Below are positions 1 to 11,791 of a DNA stretch of 64,000 bases, piece after piece. The position numbers and the translations under genes are program-made. A model generated the notes under the pieces. The model did not search any database, had not been told where the DNA came from, and saw only the letters and a program-made list of their open reading frames with translations. The stretch lies in NCBI GenBank assembly GCA_963422755.1, contig OY730488.1. One strand, written 5' to 3'. The stretch's first letter is position 1; every line of letters starts with the position of its first letter. The DNA is from Dehalococcoidia bacterium. Lineage in GTDB: Bacteria > Chloroflexota > Dehalococcoidia > Bin125.

Positions 1-142
1 CCACGCCGAGCGCGCCCTCGCGATGTTCGAGCATCAGCACGACGGTGCGGAAGAAGTTCGGATCGGCCAGGTGGCGGGACGCGACGAGAATCTGTCCGGC
101 TAGGTTGAAGGCTGGATCACGGGGTCGCCACTCGAGCGGCAT
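1..142 (-). CDS. YqgE/AlgH (UPF0301) family protein, N-terminal fragment; gene continues past the window start
   Basis: Reverse-strand translation from the ATG at 142 reads [47 protein letters not shown]. This is typical of the YqgE/AlgH N-terminus. Not in the ORF track because it is truncated at the window edge. Confidence 0.5.
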   Translation of the reverse strand, partial: MPLEWRPRDPAFNLAGQILVASRHLADPNFFRTVVLMLEHREGALGV

Positions 143-251
143 GACAAGCGCTGTTCGGATGCGAACGGGGTCGGTCTCTGCGTCAGAGTATGCGATACCA
201 GCGGACGGTTGGGCGCGGCCCACAGTTCAGTGCGTTAGCCTGAGCGCGCGT

Positions 252-327
252 GGCAGCGTAGCTCAGTAGGCAGAGCAGGGGACTCATAAGCCCCGTGTCG
301 CAGGTTCGAGTCCTGCCGCTGCTACCA
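252..327 (+). tRNA. tRNA-Met (anticodon CAU; elongator-like D-arm, Ile2/lysidine type not excluded)
   Basis: Cloverleaf read by eye. Acceptor GGCAGCG/CGCUGCU, anticodon loop CUCAUAA, T-loop GGTTCGAGTCC, 3' ACCA. Confidence 0.8.
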
Positions 328-341
328 GGCTTCACTCGCTC

Positions 342-418
342 GGGCGATTAGCTCAGCTGGCTAGAGCGTTCGGTTCACATCCGAGAGGCCGCAGGTTCAA
401 GTCCTGCATCGCCCACCA
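342..418 (+). tRNA. tRNA-Val (anticodon CAC)
   Basis: Acceptor GGGCGAT/ATCGCCC, anticodon loop UUCACAU, TPsiC GGTTCAAGTCC, CCA encoded. Confidence 0.85.
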
Positions 419-553
419 GAGTCGTCCGGCAGAGCGGACCACTGGTCGCCCAGCCCTACGGGTCGCCCAGCAAGGCGATCTCGGATAGGCTGAGACTGGT
501 CAGGAATGGTCTGCTGGCAGGCGGAGCGCGCGTGAGCGCGGATCCGTCGCTTG

Positions 554-640
<87 letters not shown>

Positions 641-668
641 CCGACCCTTCCTGCCGATCCCGGTTGAT

Positions 669-745
669 GCGCCCGTAGCTCAGCGGATTAGAGCGCTGCC
701 CTGCGGAGGCAGAGGTCGCAGGTTCAAGTCCTGCCGGGCGCGCCA
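669..745 (+). tRNA. tRNA-Arg (anticodon read as GCG)
   Basis: Acceptor GCGCCCG/CGGGCGC, discriminator G, anticodon loop CUGCGGA, overall close to bacterial Arg tRNAs. Anticodon GCG rather than the usual ACG. Confidence 0.75.
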
Positions 746-811
746 CCCGTTCTCGCTGATCATTCCAGATCTCCCCGCCAGCCGCTGGCGCGCTTCGATA
801 CCCTCGTTCTC

Positions 812-2749
812 GTGAGCACGGACACTACACAGACGCGGACGCAGATCCAGGCGCAACTGCGGGCGCAGGTCGCGGCGATGCCCGCGAAACCCGGCGTCTA
901 CACCTTCCGCGACGCCGACAGCCGCGTGCTCTACATCGGCAAAGCGGCCAACCTCAAGTCTCGCGTCCGTAGTTACTTCGGCTCGCCCCGCTCGCTGGAG
1001 GGCAAAACCCGCATCCTGGCGGCGAAGATTGCACAGCTGGAGTACGTCACCACCCGCACCGAGCAGGACGCCCTGCACCTGGAAGCAACGCTGGTCAAGC
1101 GGCACCAGCCCTTCTTCAACGTCCGCCTCAAGGATGACAAGCACTACCCCTACCTCAAGATCGATGTTGATGCGCCCTGGCCCCGCGTGATGATCACGCG
1201 CCGCGTCGCTAACGACGGCGGACGCTACTTCGGTCCGTACGCCTCAGCCAAATCGGTGCGCACCACGCTTGACTTGGTCAAGAAGCTGTTCCCCTGGCGT
1301 TCCTGCGACAAGGAGATCACCGGCTCCGACCCGCGTCCCTGCCTCGAGTATTACATCCGCCGCTGCATCGCGCCCTGCACCTCCTTCTGCACGACTGAGG
1401 AGTACCGCGAGGTGATCGATCAGACCATGCTCTTCCTCGACGGCAAGAGCGAGATGGTCGTGCGGCAGCTCAAATCGGCGATGACGGACGCGGCCGAGGA
1501 GCTCAACTTCGAGCGCGCCGCGCAGCTGCGCGACCAAATCAGCGCCGTCGAACGCGTGACGGAGACGCAGATCACCGCGGACACCTCAGTGGCCGAGATC
1601 GACGTCTTCGGTCTGGCGGTCGACGGCGACGAAGCCGTCGTACAGGTACTGTTCATTCGCGGCCAGCAGATGGCCGGCTCCGATCACTTCAGTCTCGCCG
1701 GCGTCAAGGACGAGCCGCTTGGCGTCGTGATCGCGTCATTCCTGCGGCAACACTATGAAAGCGGCCTGCAACCCCCGCCGCTGGTGCTGATTCCGGATCA
1801 GGTCGATGACCTCGAGCTGCTCCAGTCCTGGCTGTCGGACAAGCGGGGCGCGCGGGTCGAGGTTCGCCGACCGCAGCGGGGCGACAAACGACGCCTGGTC
1901 GAAATGGCGTCCGAGAACGCGTCGGAGACGATGGCCATGTCGCGGGTGCGCTGGATGGCCGATCGGGGCCGCACCGACGCCGCACTCGCCGAGCTTGAGG
2001 AGGCACTGAGCCTCCCCAATCCGCCGCGCCGCATCGAGTGCTACGACATCTCCAACACACAGGGATCGAACACCGTCGCGTCGATGGTGGTCTTCCTCGA
2101 TGGTCAGCCGGCAACCAACGAGTACCGCCGCTTTCGGATAAAGACCATGGACCCCGCTGACGGCCCAAATGATTTCGCGTCGATGGCGGAGGTCATCCAG
2201 CGGCGCTTCAAACGCCTGGGCGCAGAACGCCGCGCCGAGCGTGTGGCAGGGTTCGAGGCGCCCGACGTCGCGGCTGCAGCGGGCGATGCGGGCCAAGAGG
2301 ATGAGGCGACCGAAGGCTGGGGCGCCGTGCCCGACCTGGTCATCGTCGACGGTGGCAAGGGGCAGGTCTCGGCCGCGCACGATGTGATGCGCAACCTCGC
2401 GGTCGACGACATCCCATTGGCCGGCCTGGCCAAGCGCGAGGAACTGCTCTTCCAGATCGACTCGCCGGATCCCGTGCGTCTGGATCGTCGCTCGCAGGGG
2501 CTCTATCTCGTACAGCGGATCCGTGACGAAGCGCACCGCTTCGCGATCAGCTACCACCGACGCCTGCGCGCCCGGCAGACATCGCAGAGCACGCTCGATC
2601 GCATCAAGGGGATCGGACCAAGCCGCAAGCGCGCGTTGCTGCGCAAGTTCGGCTCGCTCCGTGCGATCCGCGAAGCGGACGTAGCAGAACTCGCTGCGAC
2701 ACCGGGCCTGACCCGCCGCCTCGCCGAACAGCTCAAGCGCGAGCTATAG
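812..2749 (+). CDS. uvrC: UvrABC excinuclease subunit C
   Basis: 645 aa. N-terminal GIY-YIG motif (VYTFRDADSRVLYIGKAANLKSRV), UvrC central region, C-terminal HhH. GTG start. Confidence 0.95.
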   Translation: MSTDTTQTRTQIQAQLRAQVAAMPAKPGVYTFRDADSRVLYIGKAANLKSRVRSYFGSPRSLEGKTRILAAKIAQLEYVTTRTEQDALHLEATLVKRHQPFFNVRLKDDKHYPYLKIDVDAPWPRVMITRRVANDGGRYFGPYASAKSVRTTLDLVKKLFPWRSCDKEITGSDPRPCLEYYIRRCIAPCTSFCTTEEYREVIDQTMLFLDGKSEMVVRQLKSAMTDAAEELNFERAAQLRDQISAVERVTETQITADTSVAEIDVFGLAVDGDEAVVQVLFIRGQQMAGSDHFSLAGVKDEPLGVVIASFLRQHYESGLQPPPLVLIPDQVDDLELLQSWLSDKRGARVEVRRPQRGDKRRLVEMASENASETMAMSRVRWMADRGRTDAALAELEEALSLPNPPRRIECYDISNTQGSNTVASMVVFLDGQPATNEYRRFRIKTMDPADGPNDFASMAEVIQRRFKRLGAERRAERVAGFEAPDVAAAAGDAGQEDEATEGWGAVPDLVIVDGGKGQVSAAHDVMRNLAVDDIPLAGLAKREELLFQIDSPDPVRLDRRSQGLYLVQRIRDEAHRFAISYHRRLRARQTSQSTLDRIKGIGPSRKRALLRKFGSLRAIREADVAELAATPGLTRRLAEQLKREL

Positions 2750-2764
2750 CTGGCCGTGCGGGGC

Positions 2765-4105
<1,341 letters not shown>

Positions 4106-5029
4106 CTAGCTGGCGCGCGGATGCGCGTGCGTATACGCGTCGCGGATGTGCTCGTCGGTGAGCTGGGTGTAGAGCTGGGTGGTCGTGATGTTGGCGTGTC
4201 CCATCATTTGCTGCACGTTGCGCAGCGATGCGCGACCGCGCAGCATGTGCGTCGCGAAGCTGTGACGCAGCGTATGCGGCGTGACGTTCGAGATACCCGC
4301 TTCTTCGGCGTAGTTTCTGATGATCAGCCAGACGCCCTGGCGGGTCAGGCGCTCGCCGCGGCGGTTGATGAAGAGGGCAGCTTCGCGCCGGCCGCGGGCT
4401 AGTTTCGGGCGCGCCTCCCGCAGGTACCGGCTCAGCGCTCCCACGGCGACCTGGTGAATCGGAATCAAGCGCTCGCGTCGCCCCTTGCCGACACAGCGCA
4501 CCGAGGCGTGATTGCCCTGCAATTCGATCGATGACAGATCCAGCGAGACGAACTCCGACACGCGCATACCAGTCGCGTAGAGCATCTCAATCATGGCCAG
4601 GTCTCGTGTCGCCTCGGGGGTATCGGTATAGGCGGGCTGCTCGAGCAGCCGATCGACTTCGTCGATCGAAAGCGTGCGCGGCAGGCTGCGGCCGACGCGG
4701 GGCGATACGAGCTGCTCGGCTGGATTGTCGGAGATCACGTTCTCTGCATGCAGATAGCCGAACAGACTCTTGAGCGCCGCAATCTTGCGCGCCACCGTCG
4801 CTGCGGCGTACTGCTGCTCGCGCAGGTGGGCGATGTACTCCTGCAGTTGCTGGACGTTGATCTCGTCGATCGGCATGACGAGGCGCTCGTCGCCCTGCGC
4901 CTCCACAGCTTGTTCGACAAAGTAGGCGCGCAACTGCGCGAGATCGTTGCGGTAGGCGGAAATCGTGTTCGCCGACGCGCCTCGCTCTGCCGCCATGTAG
5001 GTGAGGAATCGCTGAATCTCGTGTTCCAT
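4106..5029 (-). CDS. xerD: Tyrosine site-specific recombinase XerC/XerD family
   Basis: C-terminal catalytic region HTLRHSFATHML...GHANITTTQLYT. Start taken at internal ATG (MEHEIQRFLTYMAAERGAS...). The upstream ORF extension is arginine-rich and non-protein-like. Confidence 0.85.
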   Translation of the reverse strand: MEHEIQRFLTYMAAERGASANTISAYRNDLAQLRAYFVEQAVEAQGDERLVMPIDEINVQQLQEYIAHLREQQYAAATVARKIAALKSLFGYLHAENVISDNPAEQLVSPRVGRSLPRTLSIDEVDRLLEQPAYTDTPEATRDLAMIEMLYATGMRVSEFVSLDLSSIELQGNHASVRCVGKGRRERLIPIHQVAVGALSRYLREARPKLARGRREAALFINRRGERLTRQGVWLIIRNYAEEAGISNVTPHTLRHSFATHMLRGRASLRNVQQMMGHANITTTQLYTQLTDEHIRDAYTHAHPRAS

Positions 5030-5233
5030 GTGTTGTGGATCTCCTTGGGGCCGACGCCGCCGGCTCTGCTGGTTCACGCCCGTCCGTTGTGGGCGCTCGA
5101 TCCGCTTTGACATCAACGGGGGGCGACGGCGACGGGTCGCCGTTATTAACACAATCCTGTAATCGGATTTATGCCACCGCTACAGGTCGAGCGGCGCATA
5201 ACGCAGGCGAATGGCTTGCGATAACCTCTCTGC

Positions 5234-5791
5234 GTGTCCTCCTCGACGAGCCCCGAACCAGACGCCGCAGCGCTGAGGCGACACGGACGGCTGCGCGCCT
5301 GGTGGGATTTGGGGTCGGGTGGTGCGATGGTCTACAGCGAGCTCCGGCGCGTCCCCGCTGAACGCTGGGACAAAGCGCTCGACAACCTGCCTGGCGACGA
5401 CGGCCCCGAACCGGTGCCACCGCCCGACCGACCGCCAGCCCGCATCGTCGATCTGCCTGAGGTGCTCGCGCTACGGGCGCAGCTCATGGATCGCCGTGTC
5501 GCCTTCGACACGGTCGAACGCTGGATCCGAGCGCTGACCCAGTCCACGCGAATGTTGGATTACGAACGCCCACTGGTCTGGACCGCCGACGATGTCGCAG
5601 CACGGCTGGTGCAGATAGCCAACGGCGGCGAAGGCAGCACCTGGTCGACGCTGGAGGTCGTCCGCGAGCTCTGGGCCTGGCATCCCGACCGACCGTTCAT
5701 CGAGACCCAGAGCGAACGACTGCTGCGCTGGCTAGAAGCGATGCTCGCCGGCGGCCCCGCGAGCGCAACGACGGAGGCGACGCAGCCATGA
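5234..5791 (+). CDS. Hypothetical protein (no recognisable domain)
   Basis: 185-aa ORF with codon usage matching the neighbourhood. Stop overlaps the next ORF start (ATGA), suggesting translational coupling. Confidence 0.45.
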   Translation: MSSSTSPEPDAAALRRHGRLRAWWDLGSGGAMVYSELRRVPAERWDKALDNLPGDDGPEPVPPPDRPPARIVDLPEVLALRAQLMDRRVAFDTVERWIRALTQSTRMLDYERPLVWTADDVAARLVQIANGGEGSTWSTLEVVRELWAWHPDRPFIETQSERLLRWLEAMLAGGPASATTEATQP

Positions 5792-6702
5792 CCGATGCAG
5801 CTGACCCGGTGGAGGACGCTGCGGCGCATCCTGGGCCGCCGAGGCAGCGTATCTCCCCGATCAAATTTCCGTCGCAGACGCCATCACTCACGCGCCCGCG
5901 CGACGATGAGTCACAGGTGCGGCGCGATGCATATCGCGAGACTACGTTCGCGCTGCCGCTTGATCTGCGCTGGCTGCACGAGGCGTTGACGCTGCAGTGC
6001 AAGATCGTCGAGCAGTCTTATGGCGCATCTTTCCGCAATCGGCGTTATGCATCTGCGTTGCTGTTCTGGTCGCGCGTGTACGCAGGCGCGATTGAAGCGC
6101 GGGCGTTGACAGCGCGCGCTGCATACTCCTCCACGCTGCCGCTGTTGCGCGCGATGATGGAGTGGCTGGGCGCGGAGCAAGCGGTGGTCGGAGATGAACA
6201 GAGCGAGTTCGAGGACTGGCTGCGTAACGCCTGGTCTCACCACCCTGAGCAGCATGCCACTGAGATCGGGATGGGTCAGTACATGGCCGGTCAACAGATT
6301 GCCATGGCGCCCGAGACGGCCGCAACCTACCGCGCGGTATCGGAGCTGTCGCGACCGCACTTCGGCGCTTCAGCGCTGCTCAGCGCCGACGGCTCGCACG
6401 ACAAACGCTTGCTCGTCCACTGGGCGGACGAAGCGTTCCATTTGGGTTGGGCGCAATTGCTGCTTGGCTGGCAGATCGTGATTCAAGATCGGCAGTGCCG
6501 CTTCGCGGTCGGCAGCGGACTGTTCGCTGTGGAATCGGCAGACCGACAGGAATATCAGCGCCTGCACCGACAGAGCCAGAGCATCCTCGAGGATCCGCGC
6601 CGCTGCCGTGCCGAGTGGATCGTCGAATGTGGCCGTCAGCGCCTGCTCATCGACGGCTATCGCCGCCAACCGTCCGGTGCCCCCCGACGGCTCATACTCT
6701 GA
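5788..6702 (+). CDS. Hypothetical protein (no recognisable domain)
   Basis: 304-aa ORF coupled to the upstream hypothetical. No family assignable by eye. Confidence 0.5.
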   Translation: MTDAADPVEDAAAHPGPPRQRISPIKFPSQTPSLTRPRDDESQVRRDAYRETTFALPLDLRWLHEALTLQCKIVEQSYGASFRNRRYASALLFWSRVYAGAIEARALTARAAYSSTLPLLRAMMEWLGAEQAVVGDEQSEFEDWLRNAWSHHPEQHATEIGMGQYMAGQQIAMAPETAATYRAVSELSRPHFGASALLSADGSHDKRLLVHWADEAFHLGWAQLLLGWQIVIQDRQCRFAVGSGLFAVESADRQEYQRLHRQSQSILEDPRRCRAEWIVECGRQRLLIDGYRRQPSGAPRRLIL

Positions 6703-6806
6703 CGCTCATACTCTGACGGCGCGGCAAACGGCGGTGACATGCTTGAGTGCATGAGATCGCTCTGCGAGCCTGCGTGGGAGATAGACGCAATGGTTGAGGA
6801 GACCTC

Positions 6807-7832
6807 GTGACGACGAAGATTGGCATCAACGGCTTCGGACGCATCGGGCGACAGGTGCTCAAGGGCATGCTCGACTTTCACGACGGCAATCTGGAAGTGG
6901 TCGCAATCAACGACCTCACCGATCCAGCCACCAACGCGCACCTGTTCAAGTACGACACGAATTACGGCCGCTACCCGGGCGAGGTCGATGTCGTTGACGG
7001 CGACCTCGTGATCGATGGCCGCCGCATTGTGGTGCTCTCAGAGCGTGACCCCGGCCAGATCCCATGGGGCGAGCACGGCGTCGAGATCGTGGTCGAGAGC
7101 ACCGGCATCTTTACCGACGCCGAGCGGGCGCGGGGGCACCTTAACCATGGACCGTCCAAAGTCGTGATCTCGGCGCCAGCCAAGAACGAGGACCTGACGG
7201 TCGTGCTCGGCGTCAACGATGACGCGTATGACCCGACCTCGCACCACGTCGTCTCGAATGCGTCCTGCACGACCAACTGCCTGGCCCCGATCGCGAAGGT
7301 GCTCGATGACACCGTCGGGATTCGGAGCGGGATCATGTCGACGATTCACGCCTACACGAACGACCAGGCGATCCTCGACACCGTGCACGGCGACCTGCGA
7401 CGGGCGCGGGCGGCGGCGATGAACATCATCCCGACCACCACCGGCGCCGCCAAGGCCGTTGGGCTCGTGCTCCCGCATCTCAATGGCAAGCTAAACGGCA
7501 TGGCCTACCGGGTCCCCACCAGCACGGTCTCCGTCGTTGACCTGGTCATCGACGCGGAACGCGAAACATCGGCCGAAGAGCTCAACCTGGCATTTGAGAA
7601 GGCCGCCACCGATCTTGAGTCACCGCTGCACGGCATCCTCGATTACACAGACGAGCCGTTGGTCAGCAGCGACTTCAAAGGCTCGCCCGCCTCATCGATT
7701 GTCGACGCCCTCTCGACGATGGTGCTGGAGGGTAGGCAGGTCAAGGTCGTGAGCTGGTACGACAACGAGTGGGGCTACAGCGTTCGCGTCGGCGACCTCT
7801 GCGTGCGCATGGCCGAGGCCGGCTTGTCCTAG
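6807..7832 (+). CDS. gap: Glyceraldehyde-3-phosphate dehydrogenase
   Basis: 341 aa. N-terminus [16 protein letters not shown] (Rossmann), catalytic [12 protein letters not shown] motif. GTG start. Confidence 0.95.
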   Translation: MTTKIGINGFGRIGRQVLKGMLDFHDGNLEVVAINDLTDPATNAHLFKYDTNYGRYPGEVDVVDGDLVIDGRRIVVLSERDPGQIPWGEHGVEIVVESTGIFTDAERARGHLNHGPSKVVISAPAKNEDLTVVLGVNDDAYDPTSHHVVSNASCTTNCLAPIAKVLDDTVGIRSGIMSTIHAYTNDQAILDTVHGDLRRARAAAMNIIPTTTGAAKAVGLVLPHLNGKLNGMAYRVPTSTVSVVDLVIDAERETSAEELNLAFEKAATDLESPLHGILDYTDEPLVSSDFKGSPASSIVDALSTMVLEGRQVKVVSWYDNEWGYSVRVGDLCVRMAEAGLS

Positions 7833-7885
7833 CTACGCTAGATCGCAGGGCAGCCGCGGGCAGTTCGCAGGCGGAAGACCAAACC

Positions 7886-9235
7886 ATGGCGATGTTCGAT
7901 GCGCTGAGCGGCAAGTTGCAGGGAGTATTCACGACCCTCGGGCGACGCGGCTCGATTACACCCAAGGAGCTGGAATCAGCGCTCCGCGAGGTACGGCTGG
8001 CACTGCTGGAAGCGGACGTCAACTACAAGGTCGCGCGCGATTACATCAAGGCGGTCCGCGCTCGCGCCAACAGCGACGAGGTGATGAAGTCGCCGACCCC
8101 GTTGCAGCGTGTGATCGAGATCATCAACGAAGAGCTGGTCGAGCTGCTGGGGACGGACTCGCCCAAGCTCCAACGCGCTGCACAAGGCCCCACCATCATC
8201 CTCATGGTCGGGCTGCAAGGCTCGGGCAAGACGACGACTGCGTCCAAGCTCGCGCTGCACGCGCGCCAGGCGGGCGAGCGGCCGCTGCTCATCGCGGCCG
8301 ACGTCTACCGACCAGCGGCGATCGACCAGCTCCAGGCGCTGGGCCGTCAACTGAACATCGAGGTCTTCGATTTGGGCGCTGATCAGCGCCCAGTACAGAT
8401 TGTCGAACAGGGACTGCAACGGGCGGCGCAGATCGGCGCAGGCACGGTGATCGTCGACACCGCCGGCCGCTTGCACATCGACGATGACATGATGGCCGAG
8501 CTCACCGAGCTGCGTGATCGCTTCCAGCCGACCGAGGTGCTGCTCGTCGCTGACGCCATGTCGGGGCAGGACGCGGTCAACGCAGCCTCAGCGTTCGATG
8601 AAGCGGTCGGTATATCGGGCGTGGTCTTGTCGAAGATGGACGGCGACGCGCGCGGCGGCGCAGCGCTCTCGATCCGCGCCGTCACCGGTGCGCCAATCAA
8701 ATTCCTCGGGATCGGCGAACGTTCCGATGCGCTGGAGCAGTTTCATCCCGACCGCCTGGCCGGGCGCATCCTGGGACGCGGCGACATGACGACGCTCGTC
8801 GAGCGCGCGCAGCAAGAGTTCGGTGATCAGGACGCCAAACAGTGGCAGCGCCGCCTGCAGGACGGCGAATTCGACCTCGAGGACTTCATCGAGCAGATCG
8901 GCAAGGTTCGGCAGATGGGTCCGATTTCGCAGATCGTGAACATGATTCCCGGCCTCAGCTCGATCAAACGTCAGATCGAGGTCGACGAGATTGACGACGA
9001 CTTCTTCAAGCACTTTGAGGCGATCGTGCTCTCAATGACGCCCGCAGAGCGTCGCAAGCCGGAGATGATCAACGGTTCACGGCGGCGACGGATCGCCAAG
9101 GGGAGTGGCACCTCGCCACAGGAGGTCAATCAACTGTTGAACCAGTTCAAGCAGGCAAAACGGATCATGAAGGACCTCGCCTCAGGCAAGGCCCCCAGCA
9201 TGCCTAGCGTCCGTGCGGCGGCCGGTCGTCGCTAG
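7886..9235 (+). CDS. ffh: Signal recognition particle protein Ffh
   Basis: Start at MAMFDALSGKLQG. GTPase G-domain GLQGSGKTTT, M-domain Met-rich C-terminus. Upstream part of the listed ORF is non-coding-like. Confidence 0.95.
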   Translation: MAMFDALSGKLQGVFTTLGRRGSITPKELESALREVRLALLEADVNYKVARDYIKAVRARANSDEVMKSPTPLQRVIEIINEELVELLGTDSPKLQRAAQGPTIILMVGLQGSGKTTTASKLALHARQAGERPLLIAADVYRPAAIDQLQALGRQLNIEVFDLGADQRPVQIVEQGLQRAAQIGAGTVIVDTAGRLHIDDDMMAELTELRDRFQPTEVLLVADAMSGQDAVNAASAFDEAVGISGVVLSKMDGDARGGAALSIRAVTGAPIKFLGIGERSDALEQFHPDRLAGRILGRGDMTTLVERAQQEFGDQDAKQWQRRLQDGEFDLEDFIEQIGKVRQMGPISQIVNMIPGLSSIKRQIEVDEIDDDFFKHFEAIVLSMTPAERRKPEMINGSRRRRIAKGSGTSPQEVNQLLNQFKQAKRIMKDLASGKAPSMPSVRAAAGRR

Positions 9236-9310
9236 CTCGACAGCGTCAACCGCCGGATGCGTCTAGGCTGGAGCCAATCCGATCGAATCGATGCAGACAG
9301 AGTTGAGCAC

Positions 9311-9616
9311 ATGCTGAGAATTCGACTCGCCCGTCATGGGCGCAAAGGGCGGCCGTTCTACCGCGTCGTCGTGCAGGACTCGCGCAATCCGCGCGACGGA
9401 CGCTTCGTTGAGCGATTGGGCTACTACGACCCATTGACCGAACCGTCCACCTTCGAGGTCAACGGCGAGCGCGTCAAGCACTGGCTGTCGCACGGCGCTC
9501 AGCCAAGCGCAACAGTGCATCGTTTTCTCGCCCAGGCAGGACTAGCCGAGCCCCTGCAGGCGAAGCCGCGTTCCAAGCGCGCCGACGCTAAACGCGCCGC
9601 CGCGCAATCCCAGTAA
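9311..9616 (+). CDS. rpsP: 30S ribosomal protein S16
   Basis: Start at MLRIRLARHGRKGRPFYRVVV, a canonical S16 N-terminus. Confidence 0.9.
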   Translation: MLRIRLARHGRKGRPFYRVVVQDSRNPRDGRFVERLGYYDPLTEPSTFEVNGERVKHWLSHGAQPSATVHRFLAQAGLAEPLQAKPRSKRADAKRAAAQSQ

Positions 9617-9666
9617 GCGACACACTCCAGTAGGCCGATCAACCGGCCCAGTCAGCGGATCCAGCA

Positions 9667-9894
9667 ATGGAAGACTTTATCGAATACGTCGCCAAGTGGA
9701 TGGTCGACGAGCCGGACGAACTCCGCGTCGAACGCATGCAGCGCGGCGACCACGTCGCCGTGCATCTCAACGTGCACACGGATGATATGGGGCGGATCAT
9801 CGGCCGCGAGGGACGCTTGGCGATGGCCATGCGCACGCTGTTGTCCGTGTCGGGCCACGCTCGCGCTGTTGACACCTCGCTCGACATCCGCTGA
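9667..9894 (+). CDS. KH-domain RNA-binding protein (YlqC/UPF0109 family)
   Basis: 75 aa with a GxxG KH motif (IIGREGRLAMAMRTLL). Conserved position between rpsP and rimM. Confidence 0.8.
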   Translation: MEDFIEYVAKWMVDEPDELRVERMQRGDHVAVHLNVHTDDMGRIIGREGRLAMAMRTLLSVSGHARAVDTSLDIR

Positions 9895-9911
9895 ACGGAC
9901 CGCTTGCGCTC

Positions 9912-10460
9912 ATGGCCCGGCGTCTCGGTCAGACAGCGCCCGAGCAACGGATGCCGCGCGACGGCTTCCGCGCCATCGGGCTGATTGAGCGGCCGCGCGG
10001 CCTAAAGGGCGAGCTCAAGGTACGCTCTCTGACCGACTTCCCGGAGCGCTTCGCCCACGGTGCCCGCGTGTTCGTCGAAGGGTTGCCTCGCATCGTGCTG
10101 CATAGCAACTGGCGGAAGGGCGCCGTGTACATCTACATCGACGGCGTCGCGGACCACGATGGCGCCGAGGCATTGCGCGGCGAACTGATCGAAGTGCCCG
10201 TAGACGAGCGTCCCGACACAGACGAACCGTTTTGGTACGTCGAGGAGATCGAAGGTCTGCGGGTGCTCGACGAAGCGGGACTGGAGCTGGGCTGTGTCCG
10301 CGAGGTGCTACAAACGGGCGCCAACGACGTGTACGTCGTCGACCGCGGCACGTCCCGTGACTTGCTAGTCCCGGCCCTGTCCGACGTAGTGCTGGCCGTC
10401 GATCTCAGCGCGGGCGTCATCACCGTTGACCTGCCAGACGGACTATTGCCAACCAGCTAG
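9912..10460 (+). CDS. rimM: 16S rRNA processing protein RimM
   Basis: RimM N-domain ([25 protein letters not shown]) and PRC barrel C-domain. Start could alternatively be the ATG at 9951. Confidence 0.85.
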   Translation: MARRLGQTAPEQRMPRDGFRAIGLIERPRGLKGELKVRSLTDFPERFAHGARVFVEGLPRIVLHSNWRKGAVYIYIDGVADHDGAEALRGELIEVPVDERPDTDEPFWYVEEIEGLRVLDEAGLELGCVREVLQTGANDVYVVDRGTSRDLLVPALSDVVLAVDLSAGVITVDLPDGLLPTS

Positions 10461-10529
10461 CCCGCTACCGCGCCGACCACCGCGCTGCATGCGGTGGTGA
10501 TGTACGCTAGAAGCGCTCTCGCACCACGT

Positions 10530-10605
10530 GGGGATATAGCTCAGTTGGGAGAGCGCGTCGTTCGCAACGACGAGGTCGGGGGTTCGAGTCCCCCTATCTC
10601 CACCA
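10530..10605 (+). tRNA. tRNA-Ala (anticodon CGC)
   Basis: GGGGATATAGCTCAGTTGGGAGAGCGC with G3:U70 Ala identity pair. Anticodon loop UUCGCAA, CCA encoded. Confidence 0.85.
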
Positions 10606-10624
10606 CCGCACTACCCAGCTAGCC

Positions 10625-11567
10625 TCACACCGAGCCTGTCACATGGTCGCGCAGGAAGTCGATCTGAGCATTGGTGTGGCCGTCAGGATCGTCGCCGAGC
10701 GGCAGCAGATGCCAACCCCCTGCAACCCGATGGAGCTGCGCCTGCGGAATCTCACGAGCCGAGTGTTCGGCGTGGGCAAAGGGAACGTCGCGGTCATGCG
10801 TACCGTGCACGACCAACGTGGGACACTGCACTTCTCTGAGCGGCAGGACGCCGATGTCGCGAAACTGACGCATGTCGTTATGAAAGCCCTCGCGCTGCAA
10901 CGGTGTCAGCGACGCTGACTCCAGCAGCTGGGCGAGGAACGCCCGTCGCGCCGGGTCGGCGAGAATACGATCGACTGTGCGCCGACGCTCGGCGGGCGTC
11001 AGCGTGCTCTCGAAGCTGACGAGCTGGTTGATAGCGAAGCGCGGCAGCCAGCGCATGGAGCTGCGCGTTGAGCCAGTGAAAGAACGCGCTACCGGTCAGG
11101 CTGACGAGCCAGTCGGGTACGTCGGGTTCGAATCGCTGCGAGATCGCGACCTCAAGGATCAGCGCGCTCGACCGTTCCGGGTACCGCGTGGCGAAGAGAA
11201 TCGAGCTCGGGCCGCCGCCTGAGACTCCATAGGCGGATGCGCGTTCGATTCCGAGCTCGTCCAACAGGGCGGCGATAGCGTCGGCTTGCTCCTCGAATGT
11301 ACGGCCTGTCGACAACGGCGTGCGCAGGTATCCCGGCCGCGACGGAGTAATGACATCGAAGCCCGCCTCGACGATCGGCACCGCGTAGAAGCTGGCCTGA
11401 TGGCCTTGCGGCGTGCCGTGGAACATCACCACGACCGGCGTGTCGGCATCGGCGCCAGCTGGTCGTTGACGGGCGAACTCCACGGGGCCGGCGGCGGTAT
11501 CGACCAACGTCGAGCCGGCGTTCAACCGCGCCACCGTTTCTGCACGGACGCCAAGGCCAAGGATCAC
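10625..11567 (-). pseudogene. Alpha/beta-hydrolase-fold protein, split by an apparent frameshift near ~11050
   Basis: Two overlapping minus-strand ORFs (10878-11567 and 10625-11056) in different frames. N-part carries the GVSGGG nucleophile elbow. C-part carries the conserved C-terminal half (VVHGTHDRDVPF...). Confidence 0.5.
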
Positions 11568-11791
11568 GGCGCAGTCTCTTCACTGCCAGCACCGTAGCGC
11601 AACCGCGTCGCGCTTACATGGATGCGGTGAGTTGTCGGGGGGCTTCACGAATCGCCGAGTGGTCTTCGCTAACCTATAGCAGAGTCTTCTGCGTGCGCTG
11701 GCGAGCACGGTGTACGTGCACCACACAGTTGCCAGCGCCCCGGAATGGCGGCGCCGAATAGCCCCTGCGGACACAGTGAAGGGAACCACCA

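Noticed and set aside
459-490. 11-bp direct repeat GGTCGCCCAGC x2 between tRNA-Val and tRNA-Leu
   Set aside because: Too short and isolated to call an att site or repeat element. Likely chance in GC-rich spacer.
680-2557. Long antisense ORFs opposite uvrC (for example 680-1144, 1736-2557) and similar shadow ORFs opposite eno, gap, ffh, the FAD/Fe-S oxidase, thiY, thiO, nadA/nadB, proS and others
   Set aside because: Typical high-GC shadow ORFs: Arg/Ala/Pro-rich, no motifs. Each overlaps a confidently identified gene on the other strand.
5030-5152. N-terminal 41-codon extension of the xerD ORF, and a GC-rich hairpin (about 5118-5140) in it
   Set aside because: Extension is Arg-rich with no homology. 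The recombinase alignment begins at the internal Met. The hairpin has no upstream gene on its strand to terminate.
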